Shown: one piece after another, positions 39,523-49,623 of the stretch | Layout of the letters: the number at the start of each line of letters is the position of its first letter | Position numbering within the stretch: position 1 is the first letter of the stretch | NCBI GenBank assembly: GCA_934096295.1 | Contig: CAKOLL010000002.1 | Coordinates: 136,966-200,965, forward strand | Direction: 5' to 3' | Origin: an uncultured Bacilli bacterium | Lineage (GTDB): Bacteria; Bacillota_I; Bacilli_A; RF39; UBA660 | DNA length: 64,000 nucleotides | Notes under the pieces: model-generated | Database searches by the model: none | What the model was told of the DNA's origin: nothing | What the model saw: the letters and a program-made list of their open reading frames with translations, nothing else | Position numbers and translations under genes: made by a program

Positions 39523-42072
39523 ATGAAATTAAGTGAAGTAGATAGAACAAAATTAAGTCCGATGATGGCTCAATATATTGAAATAAAAGATAAGTATAAG
39601 GATGAACTTGTCTTTTATCGTTTGGGAGACTTTTATGAAATGTTTTTTGATGATGCTTTAATTGCTTCAAGAGAACTAGAACTTACATTAACTGGAAGAG
39701 TTGCAGGATTAGATGAAAAAGTTCCAATGTGTGGTGTACCTCATGCTAATGTTAAAACTTATATTGAAAGGTTAGTAAATAAAGGATATCGTGTTGCTAT
39801 TTGTGAACAATTAGAGGATCCTAAAACTACGAAAGGTATGGTAAAAAGAGGTATTGTTGATGTAATTAGTAAGGGTACTATTGCTGATAATGATTTACTT
39901 AATGATAAAGATTCTTCATATATAGCTAGTATATTATTTTTTAGTGATAGTATTCTTATGACTATTTTAGATATATCTACGAGTTATTTAGCTACGATTA
40001 CTTTGGAAAATAATGAAGAAATATTAGTTAATGAAATATTAGAACTTAATTTAAAAGAGGTAATATTTGTTGATAATTTAAATACTAGTTTAATAAATTT
40101 ATTGAAGAATACTTATAGTATTGAAGTTACGATAAGTAATGAATTTTTATGGAATAAATATCAAGATTTATTTAATATTATTACGGATGCTAGAGTTAAA
40201 AGCGGTGTTGCGCATTTATTTTATTACTTAGATGTAAGACAATTAAAAGATTTAAGCCATATAACTAAGATTAATTATTTAAAAAAGAATGATTATTTGG
40301 AAATGGATATTCATAGTATTAGAAATCTAGAGTTGATAGAAACGTTAAGATTAAAAGAGAGAACTTATTCATTGTTGTGGCTTTTAGATAAATGTAAAAC
40401 TGCGATGGGGAGTAGAAAACTTAAAAGTTGGCTATTAAATCCTTTAAAAAGTAAAGATAAAATTAATGAAAGATATGATAAGATTGAAAAACTTAATAAT
40501 GAATTTATTATTAAAGATGAAATTAAAAATATATTGTATGAGGTATATGATATAGAAAGATTATCAGGAAAAGTTATTAATGGTTCTTTGAATGCTAGAG
40601 ATTTATTGCAACTTAAAAATAGTATTAAAGTTTTACCAATGTTAAAAGAAAAAATTGATAGTTTAGGTTTTGATTATGAAATTAATACACATGGAGATAT
40701 TTTTAAATTATTAGATGATGCTATTGTGGATGACCCTCCGATATCTATAAAAGAAGGATATATGATTAAAGAAGGATATAATAATGAACTTGATGAACTT
40801 AGAAATATTCGTAGTGGTGGTAAAGATTTTGTAGCATCTTTTGAAGCAAAAGTTAAAGAAGAAACGGGAATAAAGAGTTTAAAAGTCGGTTTTAATAAAG
40901 TTTTTGGTTATTTTATTGAAGTTCCAAATGGAAGCAAAGGTTTAGTTAAAGATGAATATCATTGGGAAAGAAGACAAACATTAACTAATTGTGAAAGATA
41001 TATTTCTCCAGCTTTAAAAGAAAAAGAAAGTATGATTCTAAATGCTGAAGAAAATATTATTGAGTTAGAATATAAGTTATTTTGTGATATCAAAGAAACT
41101 ATTAAAAAAGAGGTGCCAAAACTTAATACAACTGCAGATGTTTTAAGTGAAATAGATGCTTTAACATCACTTTCTATATGTAGTGAAGAATATAATTTAG
41201 TTAGACCTGTTTTAACAGATGAACATGTTATTGATATTAAAAATGGTAGACACCCAGTTGTAGAAATGGTTAGTAAGATGGAATATGTACCAAATGATTG
41301 TGTTTTAGAAAATGGTATTAATACATTACTTATAACAGGGCCTAATATGAGTGGTAAATCTACATTTATGAGACAACTTGCTATAATTGTTATTATGGCT
41401 CAGATGGGTTCTTTTGTTCCTTGTTCTTCAGCAACTTTACCGATTGTAGATAAGATATTTACAAGAATTGGGGCAAGTGATGATTTAGTTAGTGGTGAAT
41501 CAACATTTATGGTGGAAATGAAGGAAGCTCGAAATGCTATAGCAGGAGCAACTAGTTCAAGTTTAATTTTATTTGATGAACTAGGTCGTGGTACTGCAAC
41601 GTATGATGGAATGAGTTTAGCACAGGCAATACTTGAGTACATTAGTGAAAATATCAGAGCATTTACTTTGTTTTCTACACATTATCATGAACTTACAAGA
41701 TTAGATAAAAAGTATAAAAATATAAAAAACGTCCATGTAAGTGCTGTAGAAAATGGAAATGAAATTACATTTTTACATAAGGTTAAGAGTGGTGCAGTTG
41801 ATAAAAGTTATGGTATTCATGTGGCAAGACTGGCAAAAATGCCTGAAAAATTATTAGATAGAGCTGAATTAATTTTGGAAGAGTATGAAAATAATGCTAA
41901 GAAGAAAAATCCAGAAGAAAAGATTCAACTTGCAATGGATTTTGAACCAATTGTTAAAAAAGATGATATAATAAAAGAGACATTAGAAAAAATTGATGTT
42001 TTAAATACTACACCAATGGAAGCACTTAATGTATTATTTGATTTAAAACAGAAGATAAAAAAGGGTGATTGA
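39523..42072 (+). CDS. mutS: DNA mismatch repair protein MutS
   Basis: 'MMAQYIEIKDKYKDELVFYRLGDFYEMF', Walker A 'GPNMSGKSTFMRQ', 'DELGRGT', 'STHYHEL'. Confidence 0.95.
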   Translation: MKLSEVDRTKLSPMMAQYIEIKDKYKDELVFYRLGDFYEMFFDDALIASRELELTLTGRVAGLDEKVPMCGVPHANVKTYIERLVNKGYRVAICEQLEDPKTTKGMVKRGIVDVISKGTIADNDLLNDKDSSYIASILFFSDSILMTILDISTSYLATITLENNEEILVNEILELNLKEVIFVDNLNTSLINLLKNTYSIEVTISNEFLWNKYQDLFNIITDARVKSGVAHLFYYLDVRQLKDLSHITKINYLKKNDYLEMDIHSIRNLELIETLRLKERTYSLLWLLDKCKTAMGSRKLKSWLLNPLKSKDKINERYDKIEKLNNEFIIKDEIKNILYEVYDIERLSGKVINGSLNARDLLQLKNSIKVLPMLKEKIDSLGFDYEINTHGDIFKLLDDAIVDDPPISIKEGYMIKEGYNNELDELRNIRSGGKDFVASFEAKVKEETGIKSLKVGFNKVFGYFIEVPNGSKGLVKDEYHWERRQTLTNCERYISPALKEKESMILNAEENIIELEYKLFCDIKETIKKEVPKLNTTADVLSEIDALTSLSICSEEYNLVRPVLTDEHVIDIKNGRHPVVEMVSKMEYVPNDCVLENGINTLLITGPNMSGKSTFMRQLAIIVIMAQMGSFVPCSSATLPIVDKIFTRIGASDDLVSGESTFMVEMKEARNAIAGATSSSLILFDELGRGTATYDGMSLAQAILEYISENIRAFTLFSTHYHELTRLDKKYKNIKNVHVSAVENGNEITFLHKVKSGAVDKSYGIHVARLAKMPEKLLDRAELILEEYENNAKKKNPEEKIQLAMDFEPIVKKDDIIKETLEKIDVLNTTPMEALNVLFDLKQKIKKGD

Positions 42073-42073
42073 T

Positions 42074-43798
42074 ATGAAGTTTAAAGAGATGATAAGATTT
42101 TTTAAAAAGTATTGTAGTGGTGAAAAGCAACTTTTTATTAAATCTTTTCTTTTTTTACTTGTTACATCGCTTTCGGGTACTTTATACGGGTACTTGATTG
42201 GGCTTGCAATAGATAAAGCGAGGATTAGTTCTTTTGGTGTAGCAATAGCGGTTTTAGCTTTAATGTTTATTATTAATGTAGTTGATAATCTAGTATTTAA
42301 TAGATTAGGTAGAATCTATATGGAAAAATGTGCTAATAATATAATGGAGAAGATAGGTTGTGCTGTTTATGAAAAAGTTGGGTTATTACCAGCTAGAGCT
42401 TTTGAAGAAAAATCTAGTGGAGAATTTATAAATAGAATAACGAATGATTCATCAACGATTGCAGATTCTTTTAGACAAATACTTAGAATATCAATATCTT
42501 TATTTACTTGTGCAATTGTTTTTGTGTATGTGTGTCTTAATTCTTTGGTTGTAGCTTTTGAGGTAATTATTTATCTAGCATTATTTTATGTTATATCACA
42601 TAAGTATTTGCCAAGTATTAAAGAAAAGCAAAAAGAAATAAATAAAGAAAAAGATAGAGCAGTTGCAGATGTAAGTGAATCAGTTCGAGGTATAAGGGAA
42701 ATTAGAGCTTTAGGGATAAGAAAAAATGTAAATGATAATTTTAAAGGTATAGTTAAAAATATATATTTTAAAACTAATAAACAAATGATTACAGAGAGAA
42801 ATTATAATGCTTGGATTTATAATTTGAATTGTACTTTAGAGTTTGTAATATTTGCTACATGTATAATTCTTATTTTAAATGGCACTGGTTCTTTTGCATT
42901 CTTTATGGCTATGACATATTATGTATATAGATTTATGAATACGATTGAGTTAATGATGAATCTATCGACAAGTTATCAAAAAATGAAAGTTTCAATTGAA
43001 AGACTTAGTGAAATACTTGATAATAAATTATATCAAGATGAAAAATTTGGAATAGTTAGTAAAACAGATATTGAAGGAAATGTAGAATTTAAAAATATTA
43101 CATTTAAATATCCAAATGAAGAAAAAGAAATATTTAAAGAGTTTAATTTGAATGTTCCAACGGGTAAAAAGATTGCTATTGTAGGTAAAAGTGGACAAGG
43201 AAAGACAACTGTTTTTAATTTGCTGCTTAGATATTTTGAACCTGATGCTGGGGTTATATTGGTAGATGATATTCCTATCGAAGACTTTACAGAAGACGCA
43301 TTAAGACAAAATATTGCTATTATTAGGCAAGATCCTTTTATATTTAATAAGACTATATTAGAAAATTTAAAGATAATTGATCCTTATATGTCTTTAAAAA
43401 AGATTAGAAAAGCATGTAAAGAAGCTGAAATTGATGATTATATAATGAGTCTTCCCAATAAATATGATACGATGATTGGCGAAGGTGGTATTAATTTATC
43501 CGGAGGACAAAAGCAAAGATTAGCAATAGCTAGGGCGTTACTTAAAGATAGTAAAATAATTTTATTTGATGAAGCTACGAGTGCTTTAGATAACGAAAAT
43601 CAAGCTAAAATAAAATTAGCTATTGATAATTTGGTTAAGAATCATACAATTATAATTGTAGCTCATAGATTGTCGACGATTATTGATGCTGATGTTATAT
43701 ATTTAATCGATAATGGTAAAGTTGTAGATAAAGGAACTCATAAACAATTATTAAAGAAAAATGATGTTTATAAAACTTTATATATTAATGAAGAATAA
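42074..43798 (+). CDS. ABC transporter, fused permease/ATP-binding exporter
   Basis: 6 TM helices then Walker A 'GKSGQGKTT', signature 'LSGGQKQR', Walker B 'ILFDEATSALD'; overlaps mutS stop. Confidence 0.85.
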   Translation: MKFKEMIRFFKKYCSGEKQLFIKSFLFLLVTSLSGTLYGYLIGLAIDKARISSFGVAIAVLALMFIINVVDNLVFNRLGRIYMEKCANNIMEKIGCAVYEKVGLLPARAFEEKSSGEFINRITNDSSTIADSFRQILRISISLFTCAIVFVYVCLNSLVVAFEVIIYLALFYVISHKYLPSIKEKQKEINKEKDRAVADVSESVRGIREIRALGIRKNVNDNFKGIVKNIYFKTNKQMITERNYNAWIYNLNCTLEFVIFATCIILILNGTGSFAFFMAMTYYVYRFMNTIELMMNLSTSYQKMKVSIERLSEILDNKLYQDEKFGIVSKTDIEGNVEFKNITFKYPNEEKEIFKEFNLNVPTGKKIAIVGKSGQGKTTVFNLLLRYFEPDAGVILVDDIPIEDFTEDALRQNIAIIRQDPFIFNKTILENLKIIDPYMSLKKIRKACKEAEIDDYIMSLPNKYDTMIGEGGINLSGGQKQRLAIARALLKDSKIILFDEATSALDNENQAKIKLAIDNLVKNHTIIIVAHRLSTIIDADVIYLIDNGKVVDKGTHKQLLKKNDVYKTLYINEE

Positions 43799-43983
43799 AT
43801 TAGTAACCTATGGTATTTTGCTATAGGTTTTTTTGTAAAAAATGTGTATTTCTTATAACAGTTATACGTAAACAAATGTAAAGCTGGTAACTTATTCATG
43901 TAACCTTTTGACTTGTTTTGTCGAATCTATTGCGGGAATAAATTTTCTTTGTATAATAGACAACCAAGAAAGGAGGAAATCAG

Positions 43984-44973
43984 ATGATTAACATAAAAGA
44001 AATGCCTTCGAGAGATTCAATTATAAAAAATATTTTGACATCTACGGATGCTGGCCTTAATTATTTAGCAATGATAGTTTGTAAGGTTTTAGGGTTTTCA
44101 TATGAAGATTTTACTTTTTCTTTGATTCATCCTGATGTAAGTGTTAATGAAAACGTTGTTAATAGTGAACTAGATTTAGCAATACAAAATAATGATGTAA
44201 TAGTTAACATTGAAATAAATAGTTCAAAGGGAAGTAGAATAGAAAGAAAAAATAATAATTATATCTGTCAATTAATATTAAGGCAAACAAAAACATCTTC
44301 AGACTATACAAGTAAGTATAAGAAAGTTTACCAAATAAACTTAAATACTTATGGTGTAACCAAAGATAAGAGATTCGTAGTAATAAGTAAGATATTAGAT
44401 GTAGAAAATCATGAAGAAATACATCCAATGTTTGAAATATACGATATAAATCTTGCAAAAATCTTAGATAAAGATTATACTATAGTTAAAGAAGACAAAG
44501 AGTCTTTAGAAAAATTACTTTATTTACTTATATGTAATGATAAAGAAAAGATGAATAAAGTATATGATGGAGATGATTTTATGGCTAAGATAATTCGAGA
44601 AGTAAATGCACAGACAGATGAATTTGATAAATTGCTTTTTTATAACAAAGAAATATTGGATGATAAATACGCAATAGAAGAAGCAAAAGAAGAAGCAAGA
44701 AAAGAAGCATTGATTGAAGGCCGCGAGCTTGGATTAAATGAAGGCCGCGAGCTTGGATTAAATGAAGGCCGCGAGCTTGGATTAAATGAAGGCCGTGAGC
44801 TTGGATTAAATGAAGGCCGTGAGCTAGGTTTAAATGAAGGGCGTAACGAAAGTATCAAAGAAACCGTGATTGCGATGTTAAAGAAAAAATATCCTATCGA
44901 AGATATAAGTGATATCACTAAGTTATCTATCGAAGAAATAGAAAAAATAAAGAATAGCAATATGCTATCCTAA
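43984..44973 (+). CDS. Rpn/YhgA-family PD-(D/E)xK nuclease, copy 2, with C-terminal (EGRELGLN)x5 repeat tract
   Basis: Same architecture as 33256 ORF; C-terminal 'EGRELGLNEGRELGLN...' then 'ITKLSIEEIEKIK' tail. Confidence 0.65.
   Translation: MINIKEMPSRDSIIKNILTSTDAGLNYLAMIVCKVLGFSYEDFTFSLIHPDVSVNENVVNSELDLAIQNNDVIVNIEINSSKGSRIERKNNNYICQLILRQTKTSSDYTSKYKKVYQINLNTYGVTKDKRFVVISKILDVENHEEIHPMFEIYDINLAKILDKDYTIVKEDKESLEKLLYLLICNDKEKMNKVYDGDDFMAKIIREVNAQTDEFDKLLFYNKEILDDKYAIEEAKEEARKEALIEGRELGLNEGRELGLNEGRELGLNEGRELGLNEGRELGLNEGRNESIKETVIAMLKKKYPIEDISDITKLSIEEIEKIKNSNMLS
44716..44842 (+). repeat. 5.x tandem copies of 24-bp unit gaaggccgcgagcttggattaaat inside Rpn copy-2 CDS (GC-rich vs surroundings)
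   Basis: Read directly; encodes EGRELGLN repeats. Confidence 0.9.
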
Positions 44974-45759
44974 TGCAACATCGAAAATCATCATAATAAG
45001 AAATCCAAAAATTGTGAATAAGGCCATTAGGTCTTTTTTCTTATTGGTTTGACTTTCTGGTATTAATTCTTGAACTACAACATAAATCATGGCACCACCA
45101 GCAAAGGCAAGTAATATAGGCAATAATATTTTTATTTTTATTACTAAAATGGCCCCAATTACTGCTGATATTGGTTCAACGATTCCACTTAGAACTCCAA
45201 ATAAAAATGCTTTTGATCTTTTCATTCCTTCACGTCTTAGAGGCAATGAAACGGCTGAACCTTCTGGAAAATTTTGAATTCCTATCCCAATTGCTAACAT
45301 AACTGCAGACGTAAGTGTAGCACCATCTAAATTATAGAAAACCGAACCAAATGCAACTCCGATTGCCATTCCTTCTGGTATGTTATGAAGCGTAATGGAA
45401 AAAATTAACATTAAGCTTCTTTTTATACTATTGGAATTACTTTTTTTCTTTGTTAATTTAGCAAATATTTTATCTCCGGTGTATAATAATAATCCTCCGG
45501 ATAAAACTCCAAGTGATACAATTAACCATGGAGTTAGTTCTAAATTTTCAGCCATTTCTAAGGCTGGAGATAATAGACTCCAGAATGTTGCAGCAAGCAT
45601 TACACCTGCTGATAAACCTAACATTGCATCCATAGTTGTTTTGTTCATTTTTTTAAATATAAAAACAACTGAGGCTCCTAAAGATGTTATTGCCCATGTG
45701 AATAGTGTTGCAATTAATGCTTGCACTGGATAGGCTAAATTTAAATACCAATTAATCAT
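44965..45759 (-). CDS. zupT: ZIP-family metal (zinc) transporter ZupT-like
   Basis: 'HNIPEGMAIGVAF' and 'QNFPEGSAVSLPL' metal-binding motifs in TM IV/V. Confidence 0.8.
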   Translation of the reverse strand: MINWYLNLAYPVQALIATLFTWAITSLGASVVFIFKKMNKTTMDAMLGLSAGVMLAATFWSLLSPALEMAENLELTPWLIVSLGVLSGGLLLYTGDKIFAKLTKKKSNSNSIKRSLMLIFSITLHNIPEGMAIGVAFGSVFYNLDGATLTSAVMLAIGIGIQNFPEGSAVSLPLRREGMKRSKAFLFGVLSGIVEPISAVIGAILVIKIKILLPILLAFAGGAMIYVVVQELIPESQTNKKKDLMALFTIFGFLIMMIFDVALG

Positions 45760-45876
45760 AATCGCTCCTTTTTATATCTAGTGTATTGTATGAATAAAAA
45801 TTTTTGGTGTGATTTTACTTTACAAATTTGTCTACAAACGTTATAATATTTTTTGAATTTAGGAGGTGCTTTTTTA

Positions 45877-48141
45877 ATGTTTAATATACCTGTCATTTTA
45901 CTTAAAAATTTGGTTATACTTCCTAATCAAGAGATTAAATTAGAGTTAAATAATGTAATAAGTGGAAAAGCTATAAATGAAGCTAGTAATAACTTTAAAG
46001 GGGAAATTCTTGTTATTGCTCCGATAGATGCTTTAGAAGAAGAACCTAGTGTTGATGATTTACCTAAAGTTGGAGTTATTGCTAAAATAAAAAATAAAAT
46101 AGATAATGATGGGGTTGTTGAAGTTAAATTAAGAGGTCTTAGAAGAGTAGCAGTTAATAAATATTATCAAGAAAAAAATAATGATGTTTTATTTAGTGAG
46201 GTTATGTATATTGATTTGCCTGCTTTAGTTTCAGAAGAAGAAACTGCTATTTTAAAAAAGCTAGTTGAGGTATTAAAAAAATATATTGATTTATCTAAGA
46301 ATGTTTCAAATGATATATTAAATTTTGTTAGTAATAATAAAGATTTAAATAAAATAACAGATGCCATTACATCTTTTTTACCATTTAATATTTCTAAAAA
46401 GTTAGAATATATGCAAGAAATTAATCCTATTAAAAGAGCTAAATCTTTAATTAAAGATATGAATGAGGAAATAAAAGGCGTTTTAATAGATAATGAACTT
46501 GAAGATATGGTTGATGAATCACTTCAAAAAGATCAAAGAGAATTCATTTTGAAAGAAAAAATGAAAGTTTTAAAACGAGAACTTGGAGAAGATTCTTGGA
46601 AAAATGAAGAAGTTATTAATTTTAAAAACCAACTTGATAAATTAAAGATAGATAAAAAAATAAAAATGCATATTTCTCATGAGATAAATAAATATGAAAT
46701 AATGAATGAAGCTTCTCCGGAAGTAAGTGTTATGCATAATTATTTGGATTGGATTATTAATCTTCCTTGGAATAAATCAAAAAAAGAAAATAGTAATTTT
46801 GATAATGTTTATAAAGTGCTTAATAAGTCTCATTTTGGGATGGATAAAATTAAAACAAGAATTAGTGAATATGTGGCAATTAAAAACTTAAATAGAAATA
46901 TTAAAAGTCCAGTTATTTGTTTAGTTGGACCTCCAGGGGTTGGAAAAACTACGATTGCTATGTCGATTGCTAAAGCTTTAAATAGAGATTTTTATAAAAT
47001 AAGTGTTGGGGGATTAAATGATGCAACAGAATTGGTCGGAACAAGAAGGACATATTTAGCATCAGCTCCCGGTAAAATTATTCAAGGGTTGTATAAGTGT
47101 GGTAGTAATAATCCCTTAATTTTAATTGATGAAGTTGATAAAATGGTTAAAGATTATAAAGGAGATCCAGCTGCTACATTACTTGAAATTCTTGATTTTA
47201 ACCAAAATCAAATGTTTATTGATAATTATATTGAAGAACCTTTTGATTTGAGTGGTGTTTTATTTATTTTAACTGCCAATAATGTTTTGGATATACCTAA
47301 AACCATATTGGATAGAGTTGAGTTAATAGAACTTAACAGTTATACAGTATTTGAAAAGAAAGACATAGCTAAAGAGTATATGTTACCTAATATTTTATAT
47401 GAAAATATGGTTTATGATAGTAAAATAAAGTTTAGTGATGAATTGCTTTATTTTATAATAAATAATTATACTTTAGAATCTGGAGTTAGAGATTTAGAAA
47501 GAGTACTTTCTTCTTTAGCTAGAAAAATTACAATAAATAATGTTAAAGTTTTAAATGAAGAAAGAGTTGTTAAATTACTTGGACAACCTAAATATAATAA
47601 TGATTTTAATATAGAAGATGAGACTGGTGTTGTTAATACTTTAGCTGTTAGTAGTATTGGGGGTATTGTTTCCAAACTAGAGACTTTAGTATGTAAAGGA
47701 AATGGTAATTTAGTAGTTACAGGTAATGCTGGAGATTTATTAAAAGAAAGTATTAATGTTGTTTTAACAATGCTTAAAAGTAAATATAAGTATAGTTTTC
47801 ATAATGAAGATATTCATGTGCACTTTTTAGATGCCTCTTCTAAAAAAGATGGACCATCTGGAGGTCTTGCTCTAGGGGTTGCTCTTTGTAGCTTGAAAGA
47901 AAATAAAAAGATTCCTAGTAATATTGCTTTTACAGGAGAAATTTCTTTAAATGGGTATGTTTTAAAAATTGGAGGTATCAAGGAAAAACTAATTGCTGCA
48001 TATAATAAAAATATCAAAGTAGTGTATATGCCTAAGGATAATATTGAAGATTTAGAAAGTGTACCAAAAGTTATATTAGATAATATGGAGGTTATTCCTG
48101 TTAGTAATTTTAATGAGGTATATACAAAATTGTTTAAATAA
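45877..48141 (+). CDS. lon: ATP-dependent Lon protease
   Basis: LON N-domain 'MFNIPVILLKNLVILPNQEIKLEL', AAA+ 'GPPGVGKTT', S16 catalytic 'PKDGPSGG'. Confidence 0.9.
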   Translation: MFNIPVILLKNLVILPNQEIKLELNNVISGKAINEASNNFKGEILVIAPIDALEEEPSVDDLPKVGVIAKIKNKIDNDGVVEVKLRGLRRVAVNKYYQEKNNDVLFSEVMYIDLPALVSEEETAILKKLVEVLKKYIDLSKNVSNDILNFVSNNKDLNKITDAITSFLPFNISKKLEYMQEINPIKRAKSLIKDMNEEIKGVLIDNELEDMVDESLQKDQREFILKEKMKVLKRELGEDSWKNEEVINFKNQLDKLKIDKKIKMHISHEINKYEIMNEASPEVSVMHNYLDWIINLPWNKSKKENSNFDNVYKVLNKSHFGMDKIKTRISEYVAIKNLNRNIKSPVICLVGPPGVGKTTIAMSIAKALNRDFYKISVGGLNDATELVGTRRTYLASAPGKIIQGLYKCGSNNPLILIDEVDKMVKDYKGDPAATLLEILDFNQNQMFIDNYIEEPFDLSGVLFILTANNVLDIPKTILDRVELIELNSYTVFEKKDIAKEYMLPNILYENMVYDSKIKFSDELLYFIINNYTLESGVRDLERVLSSLARKITINNVKVLNEERVVKLLGQPKYNNDFNIEDETGVVNTLAVSSIGGIVSKLETLVCKGNGNLVVTGNAGDLLKESINVVLTMLKSKYKYSFHNEDIHVHFLDASSKKDGPSGGLALGVALCSLKENKKIPSNIAFTGEISLNGYVLKIGGIKEKLIAAYNKNIKVVYMPKDNIEDLESVPKVILDNMEVIPVSNFNEVYTKLFK

Positions 48142-48174
48142 GATATAATTAAAAAATGAAAGGGTAGTGAAAAA

Positions 48175-49545
48175 ATGAATACATTAGATATTTATAAAAA
48201 TATTAAGTATCTATCTCTTTTTAATGAGGTAAATAGAAATATTAATAAGATTACTATTGATACAAGAAAAGTTGTTGATGGTGATTGTTATATAGGAATT
48301 AAAGGGGATAAAAATGATGGTAATTTATTTTATATGGATGCTTTTAATAAAGGGGCTAGTTTAGTTATATTAGAGCATTTTGATATAAATGATGAAGTAA
48401 TGGATTATCTTGTTAAAAATAATAAAAGTATCTTAGTTGTAGAAGATACTAAAAAAGCATTAGGAGACTTAGCTAAATATAAAAGAAGTTTGTTTTTTAG
48501 TCCAGTAGTTGCTGTTACGGGGAGTGCGGGAAAAACTAGTACAAAAGATATGATATATAGTGTTTTAAAAGAAAAATATAATGCTCATAAAACTATTGGA
48601 AATCAAAATAATCATATTGGGTTACCTTTAACAATATTATCACTAGAAGAAGATAATGAGGTATTAGTTTTAGAAATGGGAATGAATCATTTAGGTGAAA
48701 TTTCTTATCTTACAAATATTGCTAAACCTGATGTTGCTGTTATTACTAATGTTGGTACAGCACATATTGGTAATCTTGGAAGTCGTGAAAATATTTTGAA
48801 GGCTAAACTTGAAATACTTGAAGGATTAAATCCAAATGGTGTTATTATTATTAATAATGATAATGATTTATTGCATGAATGGTATCTAAATAATAAGGGT
48901 AATTACAATATAATTACAATTGGTATTAATAATAATTCTTTATATATGGCAAATATTATAGAAAGAAATGAATGGTGGTCTACTTTTTCTTGTGATAATG
49001 AAATATATAAAGTACCTGTTGGTGGTGAACATTTCATTTATAATGCTTTGGCTGCAATAGCTGTTGGTAAGTATTTTAATGAAGGCGTAGATATAATTAA
49101 ACATGGTATATTGAATTTTGAGTTAAGTAGTAATAGAATGAGTATTATAAATAGTGGAAATATTACAATAATAGATGACTCATATAATGCAAATTTTGAT
49201 TCAATGAGTTATGCAATTAAATATATAGGTTCTTTAACTGGTAGAAATATTGCTGTTTTAGGTACTATGAGAGAACTTGGGGATTATACAGAAGATTTAC
49301 ATAAAAAAATTGGTAATTTAGTAGAAAAAGAAAAAATAGATATTTTAATTACAGTTGGAGAAGATTCAGATTTTATTAATGAAGGAGCAATAGATGCTGG
49401 ATTTAATAAAGATAATAGTTATCATTTTACAAATAATTTAGATGCTATTAATTTTATTAATTCAATAAAGTCTGATAATGATAATATTTTAGTCAAGGCA
49501 AGTAATTCATTAAACTTTAAAGAAATAGTAGAAAAAATAAAATAA
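48175..49545 (+). CDS. murF: UDP-N-acetylmuramoyl-tripeptide--D-alanyl-D-alanine ligase MurF
   Basis: 'VAVTGSAGKTSTKDM' P-loop, 'DDSYNAN' Mur ligase C-domain motif. Confidence 0.85.
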   Translation: MNTLDIYKNIKYLSLFNEVNRNINKITIDTRKVVDGDCYIGIKGDKNDGNLFYMDAFNKGASLVILEHFDINDEVMDYLVKNNKSILVVEDTKKALGDLAKYKRSLFFSPVVAVTGSAGKTSTKDMIYSVLKEKYNAHKTIGNQNNHIGLPLTILSLEEDNEVLVLEMGMNHLGEISYLTNIAKPDVAVITNVGTAHIGNLGSRENILKAKLEILEGLNPNGVIIINNDNDLLHEWYLNNKGNYNIITIGINNNSLYMANIIERNEWWSTFSCDNEIYKVPVGGEHFIYNALAAIAVGKYFNEGVDIIKHGILNFELSSNRMSIINSGNITIIDDSYNANFDSMSYAIKYIGSLTGRNIAVLGTMRELGDYTEDLHKKIGNLVEKEKIDILITVGEDSDFINEGAIDAGFNKDNSYHFTNNLDAINFINSIKSDNDNILVKASNSLNFKEIVEKIK

Positions 49546-49623
49546 TGCGTTAACACAACGCTTTTTTTATTGCATTTTTTTGGTATCATATTTTATATGA
49601 AATATAAAGAGGTGTGATATTTA

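Noticed and set aside
44640-44960. 106-aa minus-strand ORF encoding (SRPSFNPS)n
   Set aside because: Antisense translation of the 24-bp tandem repeats inside the Rpn copy-2 CDS.
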